Made by a program: the position numbers and the translations under genes. Under the pieces are notes generated by a model. That model had not been told where the DNA came from, did not search any database, and worked only from the letters and a program-made list of their open reading frames with translations. From positions 1-46,132 of the forward strand of contig JAWBTW010000006.1 of assembly GCA_039000165.1 (NCBI GenBank): a stretch of DNA of 46,132 nucleotides, in the 5' to 3' direction. Positions 37,730 through 46,132 of this stretch are shown here, piece by piece. This DNA comes from Candidatus Aenigmatarchaeota archaeon. Its GTDB lineage: Archaea > Aenigmatarchaeota > Aenigmatarchaeia > CG10238-14 > SCSR01. Each line of letters opens with the position of its first letter. Position 1 is the first letter of the stretch.

Positions 37730-39394
37730 CTACTTGTGAGCAAAAAATAAAACAACTTTATCTTCTCTTACATCATCAACCCTTGCGAAACCTGTTCTTT
37801 GGAGTTGAATTATTTCGTCTTTCTTCACGTTTTTAATTCCAACCTCTGCTATTCCTTTTTTTATCAAGCCATCTGGCATGACCAATTCAACGTTAAAGTT
37901 TGGTTCTGAAACCCAGTGAATCTTTTGAACTTCCATCTTTATTTTTTCACTTAGAAATTCTGCTCTTTTCTTTAGCTTGATGGAGAAAAGGTTTATTAAG
38001 CCAACTTCTTTGTTCCTAAACTTTTTCAAATCTTCTCTTTCAACGAATATTTTATCTGTGTTTACAGGTAAAGTTCTGTAACCTCTTTCAGGAAAGTCAG
38101 GATGTAAGGGAATCTTTACTTCTTTTATTTTAGGGGCATTTTTTACAGAAATTTTTTCTGGTTCAAAAATTGCGAAGTATCTGTTTGCTTCGCTGTCAAC
38201 AATTTTTCTATTCTCAGCATAAAGAATCTCTGCAGGTACAGTAACATCGGCTAAACTCAAACCCATGTTTATTATAAACTTTCTTATTGCTTCAGGCTTT
38301 ATTCCTCTTCTTCTCAAAGATTGTAAGCTCCATGTTCTTGGGTCATCCCATCCAAAGAATTCACCTCTTTCTATAGCTTTTCTTGCTTGAGTTTTGCTTA
38401 ACTTCATTTCCTTTATGCTTAGTAAGCCATAATGAATGAAAAAAGGTTTTTTAAGCCCAAGCTTATCCCATATAAATTCTTCTACCATATCTTCAATTAC
38501 CAAGTCTTTCCCTCTCAGAATATGGGTAATTCCTAATAACTGATCGTCAACAGCCCAGCTGAACTCGAGAAGAGGCCAAACTTTATACTTATCACCAACT
38601 CTTGGATGCTTTCTTTCTACTATTCTAAAAAGAACTCTGTCTCTGAAAGCAGGGTTAGGATGTTTCATGTCGGTTTTCAATCTTAAAACTGCTTCACCTT
38701 CACGATACTCTCCACTTAACATTTTTTTCCATTTTTCCAAGTTTTCTTCTTCACTTTGGTTTCTATGCGTGCATTCTTTTCCCAAACTCCTGTTTTTTCT
38801 TAAAGTTTCCGCGTCGCATTCACAAACATAAGCCAAACCTTTTTTTATCAACTCTTCTGCATGTTTATAAAATATTTCTAACCTATCCGACTTGTAAATG
38901 GTTTCATCCCATTTTACACCAAGCCATTTTAAACCATCAATAATCATATCGTAAGCTTCTGGTAGAACAAACTTTTCCTCTGAACCTATTGTATCATCTA
39001 TAACCAAGAACAACTTTCCTTTATATCTTTTCACGTATTCATCATTAAGTATAACCATTCTCGCATTTCCTATGTGTAAAGGACCTGAAGGATAAGGAGC
39101 AAGTCTCATAACCACTTTGCCAACTTCAGCATTAGGTAAAGGAGGTAGTTCTTTTTTCTCAACTTTTGGTTTTTCTATTTCAACTCCAAGTTCTTCCAAC
39201 TTCTTTTTTTGTTCCTCCAAGCTTAGAGAGTTCACTTCTTTTACAATTTTTTTTATTTTTTCTACTAATTCTTTCCTTCTATCTTTTAATTCTGGCTTTT
39301 CTGCTAGAATTTTTCCAAGCACAGCATCGACTTTAGCCTTTCCACCATATTTTACTGCATTTATTAAACAATGCTTCAGTATCTCATTTTCCAT
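37730..39394 (-). CDS. gltX: Glutamyl-tRNA synthetase
   Basis: APYPSGPLHIGN, THILRGKD, LSK, WDDPR. Confidence 0.96.
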   Translation of the reverse strand: MENEILKHCLINAVKYGGKAKVDAVLGKILAEKPELKDRRKELVEKIKKIVKEVNSLSLEEQKKKLEELGVEIEKPKVEKKELPPLPNAEVGKVVMRLAPYPSGPLHIGNARMVILNDEYVKRYKGKLFLVIDDTIGSEEKFVLPEAYDMIIDGLKWLGVKWDETIYKSDRLEIFYKHAEELIKKGLAYVCECDAETLRKNRSLGKECTHRNQSEEENLEKWKKMLSGEYREGEAVLRLKTDMKHPNPAFRDRVLFRIVERKHPRVGDKYKVWPLLEFSWAVDDQLLGITHILRGKDLVIEDMVEEFIWDKLGLKKPFFIHYGLLSIKEMKLSKTQARKAIERGEFFGWDDPRTWSLQSLRRRGIKPEAIRKFIINMGLSLADVTVPAEILYAENRKIVDSEANRYFAIFEPEKISVKNAPKIKEVKIPLHPDFPERGYRTLPVNTDKIFVEREDLKKFRNKEVGLINLFSIKLKKRAEFLSEKIKMEVQKIHWVSEPNFNVELVMPDGLIKKGIAEVGIKNVKKDEIIQLQRTGFARVDDVREDKVVLFFAHK

Positions 39395-39467
39395 AACTAT
39401 AAGAAATAAAAATAAAAAGAAAAAGTTAACTGAGACTCAGTTTATTGATTTAGCTTTTGCAATGCTT

Positions 39468-40067
39468 CTATAGAGAAATGTTACAAATCCTTAAGGTTTT
39501 TCGCTCTTCATTTCTTACCTCTTCCCTATTTCTTAATGTCAAACCTTTCCATTCTCCTCTCACTGGTCTTGTTTCTATTCTTGTTTCATTTCTTATTTCC
39601 TTCTGAACCTTTCCCAACCCAGGGTTTTTTAGAGGTATAGGGTTAAATTTATAGCAACATGGTTTCTTAAAAGTTATCAAGTAATTTTTAAAATCACCAG
39701 AAATGCTTGAGCCGCAAGCAAACTTTTTAGTCAATAATGTAAGAACACTTCCGTCATCACTTCTGTAAAAAAAGATTTTTGTACCTTCAGGTTTTGTAAT
39801 ATTCCCGATTTCTTCTATTTTAAAAACATTATTGCCTATTAATAAGTAAATATTTTTTTCACTCCCATTTTCTATGATTAGAAAAACAACCTGTTTAGTT
39901 TCATTTGTTGTTTTGTCAAAAGCTATCCCTTCTAGCACTTCAGTTTTTGGAAAATTAGATTGATAAAAGCTTGATTGAATTTCTGATGTTTTTGCAACTG
40001 CTAAAGCTCCCATTACGCTTATTATGGACAACCCTAAGATTAACATTTTTTTATTCATTTTTTTCAC
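39468..40067 (-). CDS. Secreted or membrane-anchored hypothetical protein
   Basis: Basic N-terminus plus hydrophobic signal-like segment. Confidence 0.7.
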   Translation of the reverse strand: MKKMNKKMLILGLSIISVMGALAVAKTSEIQSSFYQSNFPKTEVLEGIAFDKTTNETKQVVFLIIENGSEKNIYLLIGNNVFKIEEIGNITKPEGTKIFFYRSDDGSVLTLLTKKFACGSSISGDFKNYLITFKKPCCYKFNPIPLKNPGLGKVQKEIRNETRIETRPVRGEWKGLTLRNREEVRNEERKTLRICNISL

Positions 40068-40102
40068 CTTCTAAAAATTTTAAAATGAAAGTTTATTAAG
40101 TC

Positions 40103-40137
40103 AAAAGATTTTTTTGGGTTTCCACCCTAAATCTTTT
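40103..40137. promoter_or_regulatory. Imperfect inverted repeat in divergent promoter (putative operator)
   Basis: AAAAGATTT-tttt-GGGT-ttcc-ACCC-t-AAATCTTTT. Confidence 0.55.
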
Positions 40138-40171
40138 TTAGGTTTAAAAATAATTCGAATAAAAGATAATT

Positions 40172-40933
40172 ATGGAAGAAGAGATAAAAATTTCAAGAGA
40201 ATTTCTTAAAACGATAGCTGCAGATACTAGGGTAGACATCCTAAAAGCCTTAGAAGAAAGGCCGATGACAGCTTCAGAGCTTTCCAGATTTTTAAATAAA
40301 CATGTGACGACAATTTCAGAGCATCTAGAAATTTTAAAGAAATCAAACTTGGTGGAGAGAATAGAAAGACCTGGAAGAAAATGGGTTTACTACCAATTAA
40401 CAAAAGAAGGTAAAAAAATTCTCCATCCTACTTCTTACCGTTGGGTAATGGTATTGGTTATTTCTTTCATAGCAATATTAGCAGGTTTTTTTGTTTGGAA
40501 CGTTGAAGCTTATCCTGGTGATTTCCTTTATCCTGTTAAGCGTGCAAGGGAAAGCTTACAACTTTTCTTTACTTTAAGCGATACAGAAAAAGTTAATAGG
40601 TGTATAAGTTTAGCAGAAGAGAGGCTAAAGGAAGCTAAGGTTTTAATAGAAAGAGGGAAAGAGGATTTAGCTAAGAATGCTGTGAAAGAATACACCCAAC
40701 AGATAGAAAATGTAAGAAAAGAAGTGGAGAAATATAACATTCCCTCTAACTTGGAATTTCTCAGCGAGTCAACTTCAAAAACAATTTTTATACTTCAAAA
40801 CCTTAAGGTAAAAACACCAAAACTTAACGAAGAGATAAACTTAGCCTTAAACATTTCCCTAGATACGCATAAAGGAGCTATTAAGCAATTAGGAAAAATC
40901 ACAGGAAGAGCTTATTCCTCTTCAATACCTTAG
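40172..40933 (+). CDS. ArsR-like wHTH + TM + extracellular helical (DUF5667-like) protein
   Basis: TRVDILKAL..RPMTASELS..TISEHL..WVYY.LT; TM; PGDFLYPVKRA.E...AEERL.E. Confidence 0.82.
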   Translation: MEEEIKISREFLKTIAADTRVDILKALEERPMTASELSRFLNKHVTTISEHLEILKKSNLVERIERPGRKWVYYQLTKEGKKILHPTSYRWVMVLVISFIAILAGFFVWNVEAYPGDFLYPVKRARESLQLFFTLSDTEKVNRCISLAEERLKEAKVLIERGKEDLAKNAVKEYTQQIENVRKEVEKYNIPSNLEFLSESTSKTIFILQNLKVKTPKLNEEINLALNISLDTHKGAIKQLGKITGRAYSSSIP

Positions 40934-41778
40934 AAATTAATTATAGAAGCATAACCAACTACTGAGCTGTAATCTTCTGTTACATCACCTGAGGTAGCAT
41001 ACTTCAAAAGTTTCATTTTTTTGACTTTCATTTCTTTTGCCACAACAATTGCTACAGCTATGGGACCAAAGCCACAAACACTTGCGTTTTTTTCATTTAT
41101 TTTTTCGAAAAATTCTTTTTCGTCAAGTTTGATTATCGATTTGATTAAGCTTAGATCAATCTTTTCTGCAATTTCTTGAGGAATATAGTGTGAAAAATCT
41201 GAGCTAGCTATTATGCACCATTTTTCCTTTTCTTTTTTGATTAAACTAGCTATGCTTTTCCCTATTATTCTACAACCTTCTAAAAGTGTATCATCCGCAA
41301 ATTCGTTCAAAATACAAATTGGTACAAACTTGAAATCATTTCCAAATCTAAACTGTAAGAAAGGGAGCTGGACTTCAATAGAATGTTCATATTGATGTGC
41401 TAGAACATCATGCTCTAAAATTTCACATTCTTTTAAAAGTTTTTCCGCCATGCTTTCATGAATGCTTACTCCTCCCAAAGGTGTTTTCCAAATGCCAGAT
41501 CTCATTAAAGCAAATTTTGAACCCATTCCAGAGTGGTTTGGTCCTAAAATTATAAAATTTGCATTCTCAAGTCTTGAATAAACCCAAGCAGCAACAGGCC
41601 CAGAATAAACATAACCTGCATGGGGTACTATTGCAGTTATTACATTTTGCTTTTTTATGCTTTTTGGGCCTAGTTTATGGTTAAAACAATAGTTTATTTC
41701 CTTCTTGAGAGATTCAGGGTTAATACTGTAAAAACTTCCAGCTACTACAGGCTCTCTCAAGATTAGCATTCGAATCAT
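40930..41778 (-). CDS. MEMO1-family (AmmeMemoRadiSam protein B)
   Basis: PVVAGSFY, PHAGYVYSG, GPNH, EHSIEVQLPF, SSDFSH, CGFGP, VVGYAS. Confidence 0.95.
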   Translation of the reverse strand: MIRMLILREPVVAGSFYSINPESLKKEINYCFNHKLGPKSIKKQNVITAIVPHAGYVYSGPVAAWVYSRLENANFIILGPNHSGMGSKFALMRSGIWKTPLGGVSIHESMAEKLLKECEILEHDVLAHQYEHSIEVQLPFLQFRFGNDFKFVPICILNEFADDTLLEGCRIIGKSIASLIKKEKEKWCIIASSDFSHYIPQEIAEKIDLSLIKSIIKLDEKEFFEKINEKNASVCGFGPIAVAIVVAKEMKVKKMKLLKYATSGDVTEDYSSVVGYASIINF

Positions 41779-42010
41779 CTTTTAATTATTTTTTAAACTA
41801 ATATGTTTTTTGTTACTTTTATATTCTTTTATATATATTTTCTTGAGTTTAAATGTCTTTTAAAGTATATAATTTTAAAAATTTTTTCAAAAAATTATTT
41901 TTTAAAAATTATATTCACAAGCAAGTTTTAATTAATATGTTTCAAAATAGCTATATAACTAACTATAAATATATCTTCCTCATTAAATTATAATTGGAGT
42001 GTGACCAAAT

Positions 42011-42307
42011 TTGGTGAAAGAAAAATCCGCTTCAAGACTTTTTTTAAGGCAAAAACCGGTTAAACTGCTTGTAAGCCTTATTTCAGGGCCAAAGTATGCA
42101 ACAATTCTTTCAAAGGAAATCGATTGTACCTATTCCCATACAGTAAAATTGCTCGATCAATTCAAATCTTTTGGTTTGGTCGAATTTGAAAAGAAAGGAA
42201 GAATAAAAACAGTTAGCCTTACAGATTTAGGTGAAGATTTAGCTAGTTCCATAGAAAATGTTTTAGTGAAACTTTCCAAGCTGAAAGAGAAGACACAGGA
42301 AAAATAA
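42011..42307 (+). CDS. MarR-like winged-helix regulator
   Basis: YATILSKEIDCTYSHTVKLL...GLVEFEKKGRIK.V.LT..G. Confidence 0.85.
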   Translation: MVKEKSASRLFLRQKPVKLLVSLISGPKYATILSKEIDCTYSHTVKLLDQFKSFGLVEFEKKGRIKTVSLTDLGEDLASSIENVLVKLSKLKEKTQEK

Positions 42308-42360
42308 AAAACTGTTTTTAACCATTTGAAAATATTTTTTTAAAAGTCTAATATTTAAGA

Positions 42361-42639
42361 GTGGGAATAAAAGAATTTTTCAAGCCAACATGGAAGAAAT
42401 TGATAATTTTTATCGTGGTATTTACTTTTACTTCTATTACTGGCATTCTTTATGAAAGCGTTTCATTACGAAAAGGTTCGATTACTCTTGTTGGTTCACC
42501 CTTACCTTACATAGTTAGCTGTGATAAAACGAAAACAGTTTGTCCAGAGTTGCCAATTTCTTTTAACATATTAGCTCTTTTTGGAGATATAATTTTATGG
42601 TACATAGCTGCTTGTGCTATTTGCTTGCTTTTAAGGTAA
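42361..42639 (+). CDS. Small 2-TM membrane protein
   Basis: KEFFKPTWKKL start, two TMs, loop C-x6-C. Confidence 0.7.
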   Translation: MGIKEFFKPTWKKLIIFIVVFTFTSITGILYESVSLRKGSITLVGSPLPYIVSCDKTKTVCPELPISFNILALFGDIILWYIAACAICLLLR

Positions 42640-42668
42640 AAATATTTTTAGACCTAAAATTTAATTAG

Positions 42669-43025
42669 ATGCTGGTTCCTTTTTCAGAAAAAGAATGCGT
42701 TACTTTTAAAACCAAAAGAATTTTATTTCCAGATAAAATCTTGAAATTCTTGAAAAAGCTTGAAAGGAAAAGGTACAGTATTGAAATCTTTTACAATTCC
42801 AAAAAAATTAGCTTAGATGAATTTGAAAAAATGATTAAAACTCAAGATTATAACCAGGATTTTTTAACTTTTTCTGCTAAAAGGTTTGACGGAAATTATG
42901 TTTCTGGTTATGCACTTTACTTCCTTTTCTCTCCTGAGGGAATAGAGAATTTTTATTCTTCAGGCTTTACTTTGAAAGGAAATTGGGTAGAGCTTCTAGA
43001 GTTGCTTCTTGAAAGTTTGGGTTAA
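42669..43025 (+). CDS. Hypothetical protein
   Basis: 118 aa ORF, no motif recognised. Confidence 0.6.
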   Translation: MLVPFSEKECVTFKTKRILFPDKILKFLKKLERKRYSIEIFYNSKKISLDEFEKMIKTQDYNQDFLTFSAKRFDGNYVSGYALYFLFSPEGIENFYSSGFTLKGNWVELLELLLESLG

Positions 43026-43057
43026 AGATATTATACGAACTTAACAAAATTTTATCT

Positions 43058-43870
43058 ATGGAAGAACTGAAAAAACTTGAGACCGAACTCAAAATAAGAG
43101 GGTTTTCTGAAAAAACCATAAAGGCTTACCTTTTCTGGAACAAGAAGTTTTTAGAAAATGTTAAAAAAAGGCCTGAAGAAATTGAGCAGGATGATGTCAA
43201 AAATTTTATAGCACAAAAAATTTCAGAAAATGTTTCACCTAAGTCGATAATTCTGATCAGAGCTGCCTTAAAGTTCTTCTACGATGAAGTTTTAGGTAAG
43301 AATATAGTCAATTTTAAATCACCAAAAGTTTCGAAAAGTTTACCTGTTGTCCTTACAAAGGAAGAGGTAAAAAACCTTATAGACTCGATAAAAAATAAGA
43401 AACATCAACTTATTGTTAAGCTTCTTTATTCTTCTGGTTTGAGGTTAAGCGAGTTAGTTAACCTTAAGGTTGGTGATATTGAGTTAAACGAAAGCGTTGG
43501 TTGGGTGAGAGGTGGAAAAGGAAAAAAAGACAGGCTTTTTATCATCTCAAAAAAGCTTTGCGATGAACTTAAAGAATTAATTGAGGGAAGAGATGAAGAA
43601 GAATTTCTCTTTCCTGGAAGGAAAGGAAGGATGTCTGAAAGAAATGTGCAGAAAATAATTAAAATTGCGGCAAAAAAAGCAGGAATAGATAAGCCTGTCC
43701 ATCCTCACACTTTGCGTCACAGCTTTGCAACTCACTTGCTAGAAGCAGGAGAAAACATAAGAAAGATTCAAGAACTTTTAGGTCATTCTAATTTATCTAC
43801 AACTCAAATTTATACCCATGTTTCAACAGAAGAATTAAAAAAAGTGAAAAATCCTCTTGATGAGTTATAG
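43058..43870 (+). CDS. xerA: XerA-like tyrosine recombinase
   Basis: SGLRLSE, GKGKKDR, HTLRHSFATH, LLGH, TTQIY; full catalytic set. Confidence 0.9.
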   Translation: MEELKKLETELKIRGFSEKTIKAYLFWNKKFLENVKKRPEEIEQDDVKNFIAQKISENVSPKSIILIRAALKFFYDEVLGKNIVNFKSPKVSKSLPVVLTKEEVKNLIDSIKNKKHQLIVKLLYSSGLRLSELVNLKVGDIELNESVGWVRGGKGKKDRLFIISKKLCDELKELIEGRDEEEFLFPGRKGRMSERNVQKIIKIAAKKAGIDKPVHPHTLRHSFATHLLEAGENIRKIQELLGHSNLSTTQIYTHVSTEELKKVKNPLDEL

Positions 43871-43878
43871 GTTTAATT

Positions 43879-44220
43879 TTATTTTGAATGTTTTTCAGCT
43901 ATATCTCCAGCAATTGGTAATTTATATTTTTCTCCTTGATAACTCTTGATTATCAAAATTATCCAGAGAACAAATGTAAGAAGGCCGATTAGTGTTGAAA
44001 TGACCCAACCCGCAACTGGTATTAGATTAAAGAAAATAGCGACAACTGTTAAACCTAAGAATGTTATTATGGATTGCAACGCATGAAATTTTACAAACTT
44101 ACTCTTGTTTTCTAGGATAAGAAATATTAGACCTGTTATCCACCCAAGAACATAGCAAAGTGCGCCTTCTACATTTTCTTCTAAACCCAAGCTCGTCTTC
44201 TCTTTTTTTGTTTTCTTCAT
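43879..44220 (-). CDS. DUF4870-like membrane protein
   Basis: GLEENVEGALCY, FVKFHALQS, YKLPIAGDIAE. Confidence 0.85.
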   Translation of the reverse strand: MKKTKKEKTSLGLEENVEGALCYVLGWITGLIFLILENKSKFVKFHALQSIITFLGLTVVAIFFNLIPVAGWVISTLIGLLTFVLWIILIIKSYQGEKYKLPIAGDIAEKHSK

Positions 44221-44264
44221 AAATTTTATTTGATTGTTAACTTTATAAGCTTAGAATTTTTTCT

Positions 44265-44282
44265 TTGTTAGACGTCTAACAA
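44265..44282. repeat. Perfect palindrome TTGTTAGACGTCTAACAA (copy 3)
   Basis: 18-bp perfect inverted repeat, same 16-bp core. Confidence 0.9.
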
Positions 44283-44323
44283 TGTTTGAATTTTTATCAA
44301 TTCCTTAATTTTAAAATTCATAA

Positions 44324-45490
44324 TCAATTCCAACAGACAATGAATTTTTGGCTGTAGATCTTGCTAAGTATAAGAATATTCGAAAGTCTGGCTATTTTTT
44401 CTGCAGTCTCTAAATAAACTCTTTCAGCTTTCATAAATTCAGCAGCACACCATGTTAAAGGTTTAGGGCAATATTTTGGTAAAGAGCCGTCAAAATCAAT
44501 CTGCTCAGGGAAATAGTAAACGTTTGGTATTTTTCTCATGTAGTTAATCCATTTTTTTGCTCCTTTTAAAGCTTTAAGAGCAATCTCATAAGCTTTTACT
44601 TCAAAAGCATTTCTTGCTAGGTAACAATAAGCTTGAGTTATTAAAGCGCAACCCATAGGCCAAGGTCTTCCACTTCCCTTTCCACTTATCGTTTCACCAT
44701 TCCAAAAATCATCCTTATACCTCAAAGGAATTTTCACACCTTTTACTTTAACACAAAGTTCTTCTTCAACTTTTTCTAGAGTAGATAAAATTCTTTCCAA
44801 ATTTTCTTTTTTCTTTAAAATTTCTAACTCGCTTTCAAAAAGGATGTTTAAGCCAAGAACAACTTCTAAATCAACGATTCTTTCCGAAGGACTTTTGACA
44901 AAACTTTTTATTTTTTTGTCGTAAAAGCTTTCTAAACTTTCAATTAGTTCATCCAGAATTTTCTTGTCTTCTTTGTTTTTCCCAAAAATCTTTTCAGCAC
45001 ATTTTATACCCCATATAAGTGCAGAAGTTGTGTAAAAGAAGTAACCTTTTTTCTGTTCCCAAACATCCACGCTAGGTTTCTTACTTTTTATCTGTTCTAA
45101 CAAAGCTTTATAAGACTCTTTTAGTTTTTTTAAGTCAACTCTTAATCCTTTAATTCTTGAAACAACTACAAACCTTAAAGCATCCTGATCTAATTGCCTA
45201 TTGCAATCACCATTACACCAAGCATTAGGGTCTGGTTTACCATCAACTTCATACCTTTGATAGAATAAACCATTATCAGTTGGTAAGTTTAAAACAAACT
45301 CTGCTATTTTTCTTGCAGTTTTTCTGTCAAAGTTTACAAGCTCCAAAGCAACAAAGAAAGCGTCTCTTGGCCAAACATGAAAGTATTCTTTGTGCTCAAA
45401 CCCAGGTCCTTCTAAAGCAGCAACTAAACTATGGTTTTTTCCTATATTTTTTGTTATCTTTTCTAAGGCTATTTTGATTATTTCCGTCAT
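44324..45490 (-). CDS. GH15 glucoamylase-like glycoside hydrolase
   Basis: WPRD, QLD, DVWEQ, LRY..D, PW, FPEQ, PLTW. Confidence 0.85.
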   Translation of the reverse strand: MTEIIKIALEKITKNIGKNHSLVAALEGPGFEHKEYFHVWPRDAFFVALELVNFDRKTARKIAEFVLNLPTDNGLFYQRYEVDGKPDPNAWCNGDCNRQLDQDALRFVVVSRIKGLRVDLKKLKESYKALLEQIKSKKPSVDVWEQKKGYFFYTTSALIWGIKCAEKIFGKNKEDKKILDELIESLESFYDKKIKSFVKSPSERIVDLEVVLGLNILFESELEILKKKENLERILSTLEKVEEELCVKVKGVKIPLRYKDDFWNGETISGKGSGRPWPMGCALITQAYCYLARNAFEVKAYEIALKALKGAKKWINYMRKIPNVYYFPEQIDFDGSLPKYCPKPLTWCAAEFMKAERVYLETAEKIARLSNILILSKIYSQKFIVCWN

Positions 45491-45556
45491 TTTATTACTG
45501 TTTGATAGTTACTATTATTTAAAAATTTCTATATTTCACTACAGAATAGTGAAAAA

Positions 45557-46039
45557 CTATTTTAAAAGCAATACACTACTATTCTTTTTAGAAAGCTCAT
45601 AAAGGAGTTTTTTTGTTCCTTTTTCTAGAGAAGAAAGTCTACTTTTAAGGCTGTAGATAGTATCTTTACTTGAATAAAACTCAAATAAGGGATCCTTAAA
45701 AACTATTTCCATATAATTTCTACAATCTTTAAGTGCGTTTGCATAATTCTGTAATACTTTCTTTAGCTCTTCTGGGATTCTTTCTTCTTCAATTTTTTTA
45801 GCATCTTCCTTAAGCATAGAAAGAACTTCCTCGCAGGTGTAGCAAAACTCTTCAAAAGACTTTAAAATCATTTCAACCTTTCCCTTTTCCTCCATTTTAC
45901 TTTCTTCTCGAGATATGATTCCTCTTGAGACTGCAAGAGTTTGTTCTCTTAACTCCTGATAAAAAGAATGAATATTAGTTTTTGCATCGTTTAATCTATC
46001 AAAAACCCCTATATAGTTCATTTTTCTTCGTTCTTCCAT
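45557..46039 (-). CDS. Hypothetical helical protein
   Basis: 160 aa, coiled-coil-like composition. Confidence 0.6.
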   Translation of the reverse strand: MEERRKMNYIGVFDRLNDAKTNIHSFYQELREQTLAVSRGIISREESKMEEKGKVEMILKSFEEFCYTCEEVLSMLKEDAKKIEEERIPEELKKVLQNYANALKDCRNYMEIVFKDPLFEFYSSKDTIYSLKSRLSSLEKGTKKLLYELSKKNSSVLLLK

Positions 46040-46132
46040 GTATAAAAATAGAAAAGTAAAGTTTAAATATTACTTTTTTTATTATTATTTATTAGTGGTA
46101 ACATGGGAGGTTTAGGAGTTCCACCTGAAAAA

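Noticed and set aside
42361-43870. Provirus or integrative element around the recombinase
   Set aside because: Looks like chromosomal XerA; no att duplication, viral genes or recognisable dif site seen.
46118-46132. Mini-ORB-like GTTCCACCTGAAA at the window edge
   Set aside because: Single copy, truncated context, and also readable as the 3' end of a minus-strand CDS (..GGTPKPPMLPLIK); needs the next window.

Overview
AT-rich archaeal chromosomal segment. The gene set (Spt5-SecE-FtsZ, L7Ae/S28e/L24e, Nop5/fibrillarin, Hjc, Hel308, XerA, Rpo3) and scarcity of biosynthetic genes suggest a DPANN archaeon, possibly Aenigmarchaeota-like (inference only). It is mostly housekeeping, with three tRNAs: Pro-CGG with a 12-nt non-canonical intron, Leu-TAA with a 36-nt canonical intron, and Ala-GGC. 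The standout locus is 2901-7669 (minus strand). A catalytically intact family-B DNA polymerase ends in a zinc finger resembling the C-terminal, DP1-binding finger of PolD DP2. It is encoded directly behind a DP1 paralog with a degenerate nuclease site, which mirrors the eukaryotic Pol alpha/delta/epsilon 'catalytic + B-subunit' architecture. Upstream are two small winged-helix genes flanking four 21-bp direct repeats plus one inverted copy (candidate origin or operator array). Other points: a perfect palindrome TGTTAGACGTCTAACA found three times, a putative permuted L1-binding RNA site over the rpl1 RBS, a solo Cas4-like nuclease, and several microproteins missed by the ORF track. All calls are by-eye motif recognition; no searches were run.
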